NCBI GenBank assembly: GCA_965220955.1
Contig: CBDCRK010000011.1
Coordinates: forward strand, 26,773 to 90,772
Length of the DNA: 64,000 bases
Direction: 5' to 3'
DNA from: an uncultured Candidatus Binatia bacterium
GTDB lineage: Bacteria > Desulfobacterota > Binatia > Bin18 > CBDCRK01
Shown: positions 52,206 through 62,003 of the stretch, one piece after another
Position numbering within the stretch: position 1 is the first letter of the stretch
How the letters are laid out: the number at the start of each line of letters is the position of its first letter
Program-made: the position numbers and the translations under genes
The notes under the pieces: model-generated
The model's database searches: none
Seen by the model: the letters and a program-made list of their open reading frames with translations, nothing else
What the model was told of the DNA's origin: nothing

Positions 52206-53342
52206 ATGGGTATGAAGGGACTGCTCTCCTGGTGGTGGGGAGCCTTTGTGGCCCTTGCCCTGGTTATTCTGGTTATTCTGGTTATTTTTGTTCCCTTCTT
52301 CTGGCGCAGCGGCACTCCTCCAGCGCTGGAGCGGCCTACTCGCCCTCCACTTCTGGTGCGGGCAATATCGCCACGCGTGGCCGACCTGGAAGTCTCTCTG
52401 CATTACACGGCTGACATCTTACCCATAGAGCGGACCGACATCTTACCCACGGAGGTAAGCGGGCGTTTGCAATCCGTGCTGGTGGACAAGGGAGACCGTG
52501 TCAATAAAGGAGAGCTGTTAGCCACAATCGATCGCTCAGAGTTGGAAGATCATGTCAGGCAGGCAGAGGCCAACTTACGGGATGCGCAAGCCCGCTATGA
52601 GAACGCCCGGATTTCTTGGCAGCGCTATGCTGAGCTTTTTGAGCGAGGGTTTGTGGCTCGTCAGGAACGGGACAATGCAGAGATGGAGCTGAGTGTGGCC
52701 GAAGCCCGGCTGGAAAATTCGCGAGCAGCTTTAGCTGTGGCTAACACACGCCTGGGTTATATGGAGATTCGCGCCCCTTTTCCCGGTTATGTTGCTCGGC
52801 GCTATCTTGATCCTGGAGCCCAGGTCCGTTCTGATGGAGAACCTATTCTAACGCTTATGCGCCTTGCTCCGGTTAAGGTCAATGTTCCTGTCCTAGAGCG
52901 CGACGTGCGCTGGATAGAGCTTGGGCTGCCCGCTCGCCTGGAGGTGGACGCTTATCCTGGAGAGGTTTTTGTAGGAAAGATTGTCCGCTTTGCTCCAGCC
53001 CTGGACCTGGTTACCCGTACTTTGGAAGCTGAGGTAAACATTCCTAATCCCGAACTTCGGCTTAAACCCGGGATGTATGGTCGAGTCAGTCTTATTGCCG
53101 AGGTGCATCAAGATGCCCTTCTTCTTCCTCGGCAGGCGGTGATTCCTGGGGGAAATGGGGAGTACTGGGTCTATGTGGTTCAGCAGGGTAGGGCTACTCG
53201 CACCCCTGTGGAAGTGGGATATGAGCAGGGGGATGAGGTGGAAGTAACCGAAGGAGTTGCTCTCACGGATCGGGTCATTGTTGCTGGGGCGGACAAGGTA
53301 GAGGAGGGATCACCAGTAGAAATTGCCGGAGAGGAGGTATAG
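52206..53342 (+). CDS. Efflux RND periplasmic adaptor (membrane-fusion protein, HlyD family)
   Basis: N-terminal TM, coiled-coil hairpin, beta-barrel and MP domains. Confidence 0.8.
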   Translation: MGMKGLLSWWWGAFVALALVILVILVIFVPFFWRSGTPPALERPTRPPLLVRAISPRVADLEVSLHYTADILPIERTDILPTEVSGRLQSVLVDKGDRVNKGELLATIDRSELEDHVRQAEANLRDAQARYENARISWQRYAELFERGFVARQERDNAEMELSVAEARLENSRAALAVANTRLGYMEIRAPFPGYVARRYLDPGAQVRSDGEPILTLMRLAPVKVNVPVLERDVRWIELGLPARLEVDAYPGEVFVGKIVRFAPALDLVTRTLEAEVNIPNPELRLKPGMYGRVSLIAEVHQDALLLPRQAVIPGGNGEYWVYVVQQGRATRTPVEVGYEQGDEVEVTEGVALTDRVIVAGADKVEEGSPVEIAGEEV

Positions 53343-53344
53343 AC

Positions 53345-56300
53345 GTGTCTCTTGCCCGTCTGGCCCTGCGCAATCCTATTGGCATCCTGATGGCGGCTAT
53401 TGCCGTTCTGGTGCTAGGAATGACGGCTTTGAGCCGTCTTTCTGTTGACCTCTTTCCTGATATTACGTTGCCCGTTCTAACCGTGGGTACCCGCTATGAG
53501 GGGGCCAGTCCGGTGGACATCGAGCGCAGCGTTACCTATCCCGTTGAGAAAGCAGTCAGCGCGGTAACGGGCATCGACCACGTGGAGTCTCGCTCTCGTC
53601 AGGGGATTTCGCTTGTTGATGTGTGGCTGCGCTGGGGAGAAGACGTCAATGCGGCTATGGTAGAGGTTCTTCAACAGGTCCAGCAGATTGCTGCCGACCT
53701 TCCTGATGGTATCGATCAGCCCTTTGTGGTTAAGCGCGATCTCACCAATATCCCGGTCTGTTTTCTCCCCCTTGCCGGGACGGGGTTGGACGAGCGCAGT
53801 CTCTACGACTTAGCGTACAACACCATTGCTCCACAGATTGAGCAGGTGTCAGGCGTAGCGGCCGTTACTGTAAGGGGGGGAGAAATACGCCAGATCAACA
53901 TTGATCTGGACCGGGAACGAGCCTTTGCCAAAGGGGTGTCGGTCCTGGATGTGGTAGAGGCAGTCAGAGAGGCCAACCTCATCCTCCCGGCAGGTAATAT
54001 CAAGATCGGTCCTATGGATTACAATGTCTATACCAACACCCAATTTTCCCTGGTCCAACCCATGGAAAATATTATTGTCAAAAGGGCGGGCGGTGTTCCT
54101 ATCCGCATTCGCGATCTTGGCCAGGTAAAAGACGGGGCTGAGGAACAAACGAACGTGGTCAAGGCGGACGGGGTACGGGGGGTATACCTTGCTGTGCAAA
54201 AGGAACCAGGAGCGAACACCGTTGAGGTGGTGGATGGGGTGCGGGCCAAGTTCTCCCGTCTAGTAGGAGTTCCCAGCCGACTAAACCTTGCGCTTACGTT
54301 CGACCAGTCAGAATACATTCGTAACGCCGTCGGCAGTCTGCGACGCGAGGCCTTTCAGGGCGCGTTTCTTGCGGTTATTATCATTCTGGTATTTTTGCGT
54401 AGTTTTTCTTCTACCCTGATTATTTTTCTTGCTATTCCGCTTTCCATCCTGAGCGCGCTTATTCTTCTCTTTTTCACCGGCCAGACGCTTAACGTCTTCA
54501 CCCTGGGGGGACTCACCTTGGCTGTGGGTAGGTTGGTAGACGATTCGATTGTTGTCTTGGAAAATATCTATCGCCATCTGCAGCAGGGCAAGAGACCTCT
54601 GGACGCCTGCCTGGACGGCGCCAGGGAAGTTGCTCTTCCCGTTCTATCGGCTACTGCTACCACCATTGCTGTCTTTTTCCCCGTAGTTTTCCTCTCTGGC
54701 ATAGCCCGTCTCCTCTACATTCCCCTCACTCTGACCATTGCCTTTGCCTTAGGGGCTTCGTACCTTGTGTCCCTTACGGTCATTCCCGTCCTCTCCCGTC
54801 GCCTGCTGAAACCGGAGCAAGCCTACCACCTGGATTCTTCCCGTTGGGGAGAACGGCTGTATGCCTTAAGCCAGCAGTTTTTTACTCGTATGGATAGCCT
54901 TTACGAACAGGCTCTCACCCGCGCGCTGGCCCACCGCTTTGGGGTGGTCACCTCCATCCTGGGCTTTTTCTGTCTTTCGCTTCTCCTTCTCCCTTTTGTG
55001 GGCAAGGAATTTTTTCCCGAGTCGGACGAAAGCCAGTTCCGCATTTATGTCCGCGCCCCTATTGGCACTCGTATCGAGGAGACCGAAAAGATCCTGGACA
55101 AAATGGAACAGCTCACTCGCGGTGTTATCCCCGTAGACCTTACCCGCACGATATTAGCAGACATAGGCACCCGTACCCGTGGTCGGGGGGCGGTGTTTGG
55201 TCGCAACAGTGGTCCTCATATGGGTCGACTGTCGGTCTATCTTACTCCCTCGGATCAGCGCCAGGAGAGCACCACGGTAGTGATGGATCAGGTGCGTAAG
55301 AAGATGGCGGGCCAATTTCCCGGCACGCTTATCTACTTCACCAAAGGTGGTATTACCCGTTTCATTATGAACTTTGGCTCTGAGGACCCGATAGACGTGG
55401 AAATTGTTGGTTATGATTTGCAACAGGGGCGTCGACTTGCCGAGGAGACTGCCGGTCTCATGCGTTCTATTCCTGGGCTTAGCGATGTCCGCATTGACCG
55501 GGAAGACAACTACCCTGAATACCGCATTGTCATTGATCGTGAGAAAGCCGGGGAGTTAGGTTTGAGCGAAAAACAGGCAGCGGAAGCGGTGCTCACCTCG
55601 CTCACCGGCAGCATCCACAGCCCGTCAGTCTTTACCGATCCGGTCAGTGGCAATGAGTATGACATCCTAGTTCGTTTGCAGGCGCCTTTCCGTAGCCGGG
55701 CAGAGGATCTGGGCAAGGTTTTTCTTACTGTCGATGGTGGCCGGCCCATATCCCTAGGAAACTTTGCCCACATTGAACGTGGTGTGGGACCGATCGAGAT
55801 CAAGCGCAAGTATCAAGAGCGGGTGATTCATATCTATGCCAACCCCACAGGTAGGGATCTAGGCTCTTTGGCCGTCGAGTTAGAGGAAAAGTTTCGCCAG
55901 CTTGTGCTTCCGGCAGGCTTCAGCCTTCATTTGAGCGGACAGATCGCCCAGCAACGGGGGGCATTTACCAGCCTGTCTTTTGCTACAGCCCTGGCTGTAC
56001 TTCTTGTGTATATGATTCTAGCCTCACAGTTTAAGTCGCTCCTGGATCCTTTTCTGATTATGTTTACCGTTCCTTTGGGGTTTGCCGGGGTACTGTGGGC
56101 GCTCTTTCTCACCGGTACCTCTCTTTCGGTCACCTCGTTCATGGGGGTGATCATGATGGTGGGTATTGTGGTGTCAAACGGAGTGCTTTTGGTGGATTAC
56201 ACCAACCAGCTGCGGGAGAAAGGGGAAGCCCTCTTTGTTGCCGTGATTGCGGCAGGGAGGACCCGTCTCCGTCCTATTCTCATGACTACTTTGACCACTA

Positions 56301-56503
56301 TTGGTGGCCTTTTCCCCATGGCCCTGGGGCTAGACGTGGGTAGTGAGGCCAATGCCCCGCTTGCCCGGGCAGTTGTAGGTGGGCTTGGCCTTTCTACGGT
56401 GCTCACGCTTTTCCTTCTGCCGGTTCTCTACACAGTGGTGGAGGAGCGCTTTCCTGGACGGAAGGCCGAAGAGCCGTTTAATTCCAGCTCCGACTTAGAA
56501 TAG
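53345..56503 (+). CDS. RND efflux permease (AcrB/CzcA-type, 1052 aa)
   Basis: 12 TM with two large periplasmic loops. Conserved RND motifs. Confidence 0.9.
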   Translation: MSLARLALRNPIGILMAAIAVLVLGMTALSRLSVDLFPDITLPVLTVGTRYEGASPVDIERSVTYPVEKAVSAVTGIDHVESRSRQGISLVDVWLRWGEDVNAAMVEVLQQVQQIAADLPDGIDQPFVVKRDLTNIPVCFLPLAGTGLDERSLYDLAYNTIAPQIEQVSGVAAVTVRGGEIRQINIDLDRERAFAKGVSVLDVVEAVREANLILPAGNIKIGPMDYNVYTNTQFSLVQPMENIIVKRAGGVPIRIRDLGQVKDGAEEQTNVVKADGVRGVYLAVQKEPGANTVEVVDGVRAKFSRLVGVPSRLNLALTFDQSEYIRNAVGSLRREAFQGAFLAVIIILVFLRSFSSTLIIFLAIPLSILSALILLFFTGQTLNVFTLGGLTLAVGRLVDDSIVVLENIYRHLQQGKRPLDACLDGAREVALPVLSATATTIAVFFPVVFLSGIARLLYIPLTLTIAFALGASYLVSLTVIPVLSRRLLKPEQAYHLDSSRWGERLYALSQQFFTRMDSLYEQALTRALAHRFGVVTSILGFFCLSLLLLPFVGKEFFPESDESQFRIYVRAPIGTRIEETEKILDKMEQLTRGVIPVDLTRTILADIGTRTRGRGAVFGRNSGPHMGRLSVYLTPSDQRQESTTVVMDQVRKKMAGQFPGTLIYFTKGGITRFIMNFGSEDPIDVEIVGYDLQQGRRLAEETAGLMRSIPGLSDVRIDREDNYPEYRIVIDREKAGELGLSEKQAAEAVLTSLTGSIHSPSVFTDPVSGNEYDILVRLQAPFRSRAEDLGKVFLTVDGGRPISLGNFAHIERGVGPIEIKRKYQERVIHIYANPTGRDLGSLAVELEEKFRQLVLPAGFSLHLSGQIAQQRGAFTSLSFATALAVLLVYMILASQFKSLLDPFLIMFTVPLGFAGVLWALFLTGTSLSVTSFMGVIMMVGIVVSNGVLLVDYTNQLREKGEALFVAVIAAGRTRLRPILMTTLTTIGGLFPMALGLDVGSEANAPLARAVVGGLGLSTVLTLFLLPVLYTVVEERFPGRKAEEPFNSSSDLE

Positions 56504-56512
56504 TATTCACTG

Positions 56513-57688
56513 ATGGGAAAAAGGAGCGGACTTTTCCTAGCGGGGCTTCTCCTTTTGGCTCTGATCTATTGGTGGGTGAGGAGTGGAGAGGAGGAAGTCG
56601 GCTACCTTACCGCCAAGGTGGAATGGGGGATGATTTCTCAAGTGGTCACAGCCACAGGTACGGTCAACCCGGTTACCACTGTGCAGGTAGGAACATATGT
56701 GTCAGGTCCAATCAAAGAAATCCATGTAGATTTTAACTCGCCGGTTGAAAAGGGACAGATTGTGGCCAAGATAGATCCTCGCCCATTTGTTATGAAGGTC
56801 AGGCAGGCCGAAGCAAACCTGGCCAATGCCCGGGCAAAGATAAAAAAGGACGAGGCAGATCTGACCTACAAAAAGCTGAGGCTTGAACGGATGCAGGAAC
56901 TCCTTAGGCGTAGCCTGATTTCTGAGGATGATCGCGATACCGCGCAGAGTAACTACGAGCAGGCCAAGGCTCAACTAGAACTGGATAATGCCCAAGTAGA
57001 ACAAGCCAAGGCCGCCCTGGAAGAATCCCGGGTCAACCTGGGCTACACGGATATTCTCTCGCCGGTAGATGGGGTGGTGATCTCCCGCAGTGTGGACGTA
57101 GGGCAGACGGTAGCGGCAAGCTTTCAGACGCCTGTCCTTTTTCTCATTGCCCGCGATCTTACCAAGATGCAAGTGAACGCCAACGTGAGTGAAGCCGATA
57201 TTGGCCTAGTGGCCGAAGGAAATACCGCGTCCTTTACAGTTGATACCTACCCGGAGCGAGCCTTTTGGGGAACCATAAGGCAAGTGCGCAACTCTCCCCT
57301 TATTGTGCAGAACGTGGTTACCTATGATGTGGTCATCAATGTGGATAACCCAGACTTTGCGCTTAAGCCGGGAATGACGGCCACGGTTTCGGTGCGGGTG
57401 GCTCATCGGGAAGACACCCTGAAAGTGCCCTTGGCTGCCTTGCGGTTTCGTCCCGACAAGGAGGAGGACTCCCATGTAGAGGGCAAGCGAGTGTGGGTTC
57501 TTGGCCCACAAAAAGACCTGCGTCCAGTGCCGGTGGTTACTGGCATCTCCGACGACACCTTCACCGAGCTAGTGAGCAACACGCTGAAAGAGGGGGACGA
57601 AGTAGTCACCAGCTTTCGCTCTACTTCGTCGGCCACTTCACGGGTGACACTGCCAGGGTTTAGGATGCGCTGGCGCTCCCGGCGGTAA
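56513..57688 (+). CDS. MacA-like periplasmic adaptor (HlyD family) for the ABC efflux system
   Basis: TM anchor, long coiled-coil, beta-barrel domains. Confidence 0.8.
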   Translation: MGKRSGLFLAGLLLLALIYWWVRSGEEEVGYLTAKVEWGMISQVVTATGTVNPVTTVQVGTYVSGPIKEIHVDFNSPVEKGQIVAKIDPRPFVMKVRQAEANLANARAKIKKDEADLTYKKLRLERMQELLRRSLISEDDRDTAQSNYEQAKAQLELDNAQVEQAKAALEESRVNLGYTDILSPVDGVVISRSVDVGQTVAASFQTPVLFLIARDLTKMQVNANVSEADIGLVAEGNTASFTVDTYPERAFWGTIRQVRNSPLIVQNVVTYDVVINVDNPDFALKPGMTATVSVRVAHREDTLKVPLAALRFRPDKEEDSHVEGKRVWVLGPQKDLRPVPVVTGISDDTFTELVSNTLKEGDEVVTSFRSTSSATSRVTLPGFRMRWRSRR

Positions 57689-57695
57689 AAGCAGC

Positions 57696-58421
57696 GTGGC
57701 TTCGTTCATTGTTGTTGAGGATTTGCTCAAAGTCTATCGCCTAGGTGAGGTTGCTGTTGAGGCCTTACACGGAGTATCGCTTAGAATCGAACAAGGAGAA
57801 TTTGTGGCCATTATGGGTGCCTCGGGTGCGGGGAAATCTACTTTGATGAACATTCTGGGTTGCCTGGATCGTCCCACAAGTGGTCGGTATCTTCTTGCCG
57901 GGAGAGAGGTTTCGTCTCTCAGTGCGGATGAGCGGGCAGAGCTACGCAGCGCCAGGATCGGATTTGTCTTCCAGAATTTTAACCTGCTGCCGCGTACCAG
58001 CGCGCTGGAGAATGTCGAGCTTCCTCTTTTTTATAGTGCGGTTCCTTTTCAACTCCAGCGTGAGAAGGCACTAGCCGCGCTTCAGGCGGTTGGGCTTGCC
58101 GGTCGCCAGCAGCATCATCCTAGCCAGCTCTCCGGTGGTGAGCAACAGCGGGTAGCCATTGCTCGCGCGCTGGTCAATGACCCAGCATTACTCCTGGCAG
58201 ACGAGCCCACGGGCAACCTCGACAGCGAAACCAGCCATGAGATCATGGAAATCTTAACCCGCTTGAACCGTGAGAGCAGCCTGACAATTATTCTTGTTAC
58301 TCACGAGCCAGATATTGCTCGCTTTGCTAGGCGGCGGGTGGTGTTTAAGGATGGGAAGATTGTCGAAGACTCAGTAGCGGTAGCCTCCCAGGCTACAGAA
58401 GGAGATGAAATTATACCTTGA
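57696..58421 (+). CDS. MacB/LolD/DevA-type ABC transporter ATP-binding protein (ATPase only)
   Basis: Walker [10 protein letters not shown], signature [15 protein letters not shown], Walker [13 protein letters not shown]. Confidence 0.85.
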   Translation: MASFIVVEDLLKVYRLGEVAVEALHGVSLRIEQGEFVAIMGASGAGKSTLMNILGCLDRPTSGRYLLAGREVSSLSADERAELRSARIGFVFQNFNLLPRTSALENVELPLFYSAVPFQLQREKALAALQAVGLAGRQQHHPSQLSGGEQQRVAIARALVNDPALLLADEPTGNLDSETSHEIMEILTRLNRESSLTIILVTHEPDIARFARRRVVFKDGKIVEDSVAVASQATEGDEIIP

Positions 58422-58453
58422 GTGGGCTACAATCCAGTCTTGGGGGAGGCAAC

Positions 58454-59461
58454 ATGGACAAAAAGATAGAGCTAAGGAAAGAAGAGATACGAGAACCATT
58501 AGCAGATTACATCCGTAACAAAGAGATTCCCAGGTTCTTTGGCCAGCCAGTGCTTAAAGGATCGTGTGTTCAAATAGACCCTACTCAATTAAATCCAGAA
58601 GTCCCTGCTCTCTTCTACTCTCATCCTAAGGGAGAAATCTGGGTTGGAGATGCAATTTCCTGGCTACGCTCCCTGAAAAGTGAATCCGTTGACCTTATCT
58701 TTGCTGATCCTCCATATAACATCAAGAAAGCGGAATGGGATACTTTTGAATCCCAGCAAGAATACGTTAGCTGGTCTATCCAGTGGATGGAGGAGGCAGC
58801 TCGAGTTTTAAAGCCGACTGGAACGCTCTATGTCTGTGGATTCTCTGAGATATTGGCCGATCTTAAACTTCCGGCGTTGCGGTTCTTTCAAGGCTGTCGG
58901 TGGTTAGTATGGCACTATAAGAATAAAGCTAATTTAGGTGCCGATTGGGGCCGCTCGCATGAAAGCATCCTGCACTTTAGGAAAAGCAGGAAGTTCACTC
59001 TTAATATTGACAATGTGCGGATTCCCTATGGGAATCATACCCTGAAGTATCCCGAACATCCACAGGCTGAGACCAGTCAATATGGCAGGGGTAGTAGTAA
59101 AAATCGACTTTGGCAGCCACATCCGAGGGGAGCTAAGCCAAAAGATGTTCTGGAAATCCCTACGACATGTAACGGAATGCACGAGAAAACTTCGCATCCT
59201 ACTCAGAAGCCTGAGGAGCTCTTAAGAAAAATTATCCTGGCGTCTTCAAACTCTGGTGGTCTCGTGATTGATCCCTTTCTCGGATCAGGCACGACGGCTG
59301 TTGTATCTGAGCAGCTTAAGCGAAAGTGGAAAGGGTGTGATATCGCCCTTGAGTATTGCCAATGGGCAGCCCGTAGAATCGAACTGGTTGAAGATTGGCC
59401 GATGGAAAAATGGATCCAATACGATGGGGAAAACACTGAACGTAGAAAATCCATCCGATGA
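58454..59461 (+). CDS. Type II DNA methyltransferase (N6A/N4C amino-MTase, beta-class; DPPY before FxGxG). Start at MDKKIEL
   Basis: IFADPPYN catalytic motif, C-terminal AdoMet motif VIDPFLGSGTT. Low GC (about 42%). Confidence 0.8.
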   Translation: MDKKIELRKEEIREPLADYIRNKEIPRFFGQPVLKGSCVQIDPTQLNPEVPALFYSHPKGEIWVGDAISWLRSLKSESVDLIFADPPYNIKKAEWDTFESQQEYVSWSIQWMEEAARVLKPTGTLYVCGFSEILADLKLPALRFFQGCRWLVWHYKNKANLGADWGRSHESILHFRKSRKFTLNIDNVRIPYGNHTLKYPEHPQAETSQYGRGSSKNRLWQPHPRGAKPKDVLEIPTTCNGMHEKTSHPTQKPEELLRKIILASSNSGGLVIDPFLGSGTTAVVSEQLKRKWKGCDIALEYCQWAARRIELVEDWPMEKWIQYDGENTERRKSIR

Positions 59462-60231
59462 AGGAAGCAACCCTAGCAGATTTGCAGGAGAGTGTTCAAG
59501 ACAAGTCAGCATTTAGAGCGCTGAATGATTACCTGACGATTTGTCATGCCTTCCTGTCCTTTGTGGAAAGGACTCACCCAACGCGCATTGTCTCTCCCTC
59601 TCATCCCAATTACATCTTTTACCAATACAATGAGAATTATGGACACAAGATTACCCGTCCTCTGAACGTTGATTTGTTTGTCGAGTCAATCACAGATTTC
59701 CAGGCTGCCTTTGAAAGGTTCGTTCTCTTTCTTGCAGACCTCAGGCGGCGTCAAGAAGCAGTCATTAACCGAAGAAGCAACAGACGATACATAGAGTCGA
59801 AAGAGATTAGTAAGGTAGTCTATACTGTCCAGCAAGCCATCGGGAGTATCGGTGACTCGTTCGATAATCCGAACCAATCGAGAAAGCGTGTAGGGCAACT
59901 TTTCGAAACGCTAGTCAAACTTATCATTCAGGAAGTGGGCTTAGAGTGCGAACCTCGAAACATTCATATCCCAATATCAGGCTATCCAATATCAGGCTAT
60001 CCTGGTTACGAAATGTCTTACGAACTGGATGTGGTTTTCTCTCGCAACAGAACCATTATTGCTTCGGAAACCAGGTCTATACATTCTTCGGAAGTTGTTG
60101 GCTCAGTTAAGACGACCAGCAAAGATAGGATAGACAAGGTATTTCTCGACAAGTATCTTCTGACCAAATTGCTTGGGAGGAATATACCAGTCATTGCCAT
60201 CTTTCTGCATGATGTTTCAACGTGCCCGTAG
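59458..60231 (+). CDS. Putative cognate Type II restriction endonuclease
   Basis: 4-bp translational overlap with the MTase. Same low GC. Possible D...ExK-like residues (ELDVVF ... EVVGSVK). No recognisable family. Confidence 0.4.
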   Translation: MKEATLADLQESVQDKSAFRALNDYLTICHAFLSFVERTHPTRIVSPSHPNYIFYQYNENYGHKITRPLNVDLFVESITDFQAAFERFVLFLADLRRRQEAVINRRSNRRYIESKEISKVVYTVQQAIGSIGDSFDNPNQSRKRVGQLFETLVKLIIQEVGLECEPRNIHIPISGYPISGYPGYEMSYELDVVFSRNRTIIASETRSIHSSEVVGSVKTTSKDRIDKVFLDKYLLTKLLGRNIPVIAIFLHDVSTCP

Positions 60232-60419
60232 AGGCAGTAGCATTTTCGCGGTTAATCCAACCTTTAAGAGTAATCATTTCTTGGGTTACACTTATCAGTA
60301 AGCTAACAGAAATTGCTTCAGTAAAGTGAATCTCACGTAAAGCGCTCATCTGTTTTTGGCTGGGCAAGAAAATTCTGGAAGAAGGGTAGAAGTAAGGGTG
60401 GAGGAGAAAGAGCTTTGGG

Positions 60420-61643
60420 GTGGGCGCCGTCTGCCCCTCCGCCCTGCGGGCCTTGCGGCACCGCAATTTTCGTCTCTTCCTGTTTGGCCAGCTCTTTTCC
60501 CTGGTCGGCTTTTGGATGCAGGAGGTGGCACAGAGTTGGCTTGTCTACCGGCTGACCCACTCTCCGGTTCTCTTGGGTCTTGTTGGCTTCGCCGGGCAGT
60601 CCCCGGTCTTTGTTCTGGGGCTACTTGGGGGAGTGGTGGCGGATCGATTTAATCGCCACCGAGTCCTGACTATTACCCAATGCCTTGCCATGGCTCAAGC
60701 CCTTATCCTAGCTTTTCTTACTCTGAGCGGCTGGATTACGGTGGTGGAAATTTTTATCCTTGCCTTCTTTATGGGGGTCGTCAGAGCTTTTGATATGCCG
60801 ACTCGTCAGGTCTTTGTTGTGGAGATGGTCGGGCGAGAGGATCTCCTGAGTGCGGTTGTCTTGAATTCTTCCTTTTTCAACGGCGCCCGTATTATTGGTC
60901 CCGCCATAGCCGGGGTGCTAGTGGCAAGCACGGGAGAAGGACTGTGCTTCTTGGTAAACGGCTTAAGTTATATTGCAGTCCTTTCCGGACTCCTGGCTAT
61001 GCGAGTTGATTCCCGGCCTACCCCTCTTTCCTCTGTGTCCACCTTTGCCCATATCCAAGAAGGTCTTGCCTATGCCTTTCACACTCCTTCTATCCGTACT
61101 CTTTTGCTGCTCATGGCCGGGGTTAGTCTTCTGGGAATGCCCTATGTGGTCTTGATGCCAGTTTTTGCTGAAGAAGTCCTCCATAGCGGGGCACAGGGGT
61201 TTGGTCTCTTGATGGGCGCCTCGGGTGTAGGGGCAATTGTTGGAACTCTTTATCTGGCTTGGCGTGGAGAGACCAGCGGGCTGGGCCGGGCCATTCCCTT
61301 TGCCATGGGAAGGTTTGGTGTGGGCCTTATCCTCTTCTCTCTTTCTCGCAGCCTGTGGCTATCTCTGCTTCTTCTTTCTGTGGTCGGCTCCGGCATTATG
61401 GTACAGATGACGGCTACCAATACCCTCATTCAAACCCTGGTGCCCGATCATCTAAGAGGTCGAATTATGAGTCTCTATTCTATAATGTTTATGGGAATGG
61501 CTCCGCTGGGTAGCCTTCTGGCGGGGTTGCTTGCCCGCTACCTGGGAGCCCCTGCCACGGTGGCCCTGTCTGGCCTCATTTGCCTGGCAGCTGCTGGCTC
61601 TTTTGGTCTTTGGCTACCTCATCTCCAGGAGGAGTCTATCTGA
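60420..61643 (+). CDS. MFS transporter (EntS/enterobactin-exporter-like)
   Basis: 12-TM MFS profile. Confidence 0.7.
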   Translation: MGAVCPSALRALRHRNFRLFLFGQLFSLVGFWMQEVAQSWLVYRLTHSPVLLGLVGFAGQSPVFVLGLLGGVVADRFNRHRVLTITQCLAMAQALILAFLTLSGWITVVEIFILAFFMGVVRAFDMPTRQVFVVEMVGREDLLSAVVLNSSFFNGARIIGPAIAGVLVASTGEGLCFLVNGLSYIAVLSGLLAMRVDSRPTPLSSVSTFAHIQEGLAYAFHTPSIRTLLLLMAGVSLLGMPYVVLMPVFAEEVLHSGAQGFGLLMGASGVGAIVGTLYLAWRGETSGLGRAIPFAMGRFGVGLILFSLSRSLWLSLLLLSVVGSGIMVQMTATNTLIQTLVPDHLRGRIMSLYSIMFMGMAPLGSLLAGLLARYLGAPATVALSGLICLAAAGSFGLWLPHLQEESI

Positions 61644-61805
61644 ATGTACAATGGCAGTCGGCTACAATGATGCAGAAGCGCAATATTTTTTTGTTGTCGA
61701 GAAATACTTTGAGGATTTTAAGACCTCATTTTCCGCCCTGATAGAACGATTAAAGTAGGCTTCTCTGACCTGAGACGTGTACAAAACTACCACCTTCATC
61801 GCATC

Positions 61806-61827
61806 CTCACAAAGTTTTATTTGTGAG
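61806..61827. promoter_or_regulatory. 22-bp perfect palindrome CTCACAAA-GTTTTA-TTTGTGAG about 180 bp upstream of the TonB-dependent receptor gene. Candidate operator
   Basis: Seen directly. Confidence 0.3.
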
Positions 61828-62003
61828 ACCCGCAACATCTGGGAATGCCAAGAATTATACCTGGCATATACCGTGCCATCTTTACATTTGGAAAAGGATA
61901 AGTATATTCTCGCTGTTTTCATCATGGCCTCAGGTGGACAAAGGGATGGTATCAATCTATATGTCCTATAGAATGTCCCATCCTATATGTTGAGGAGGAG
62001 GAG

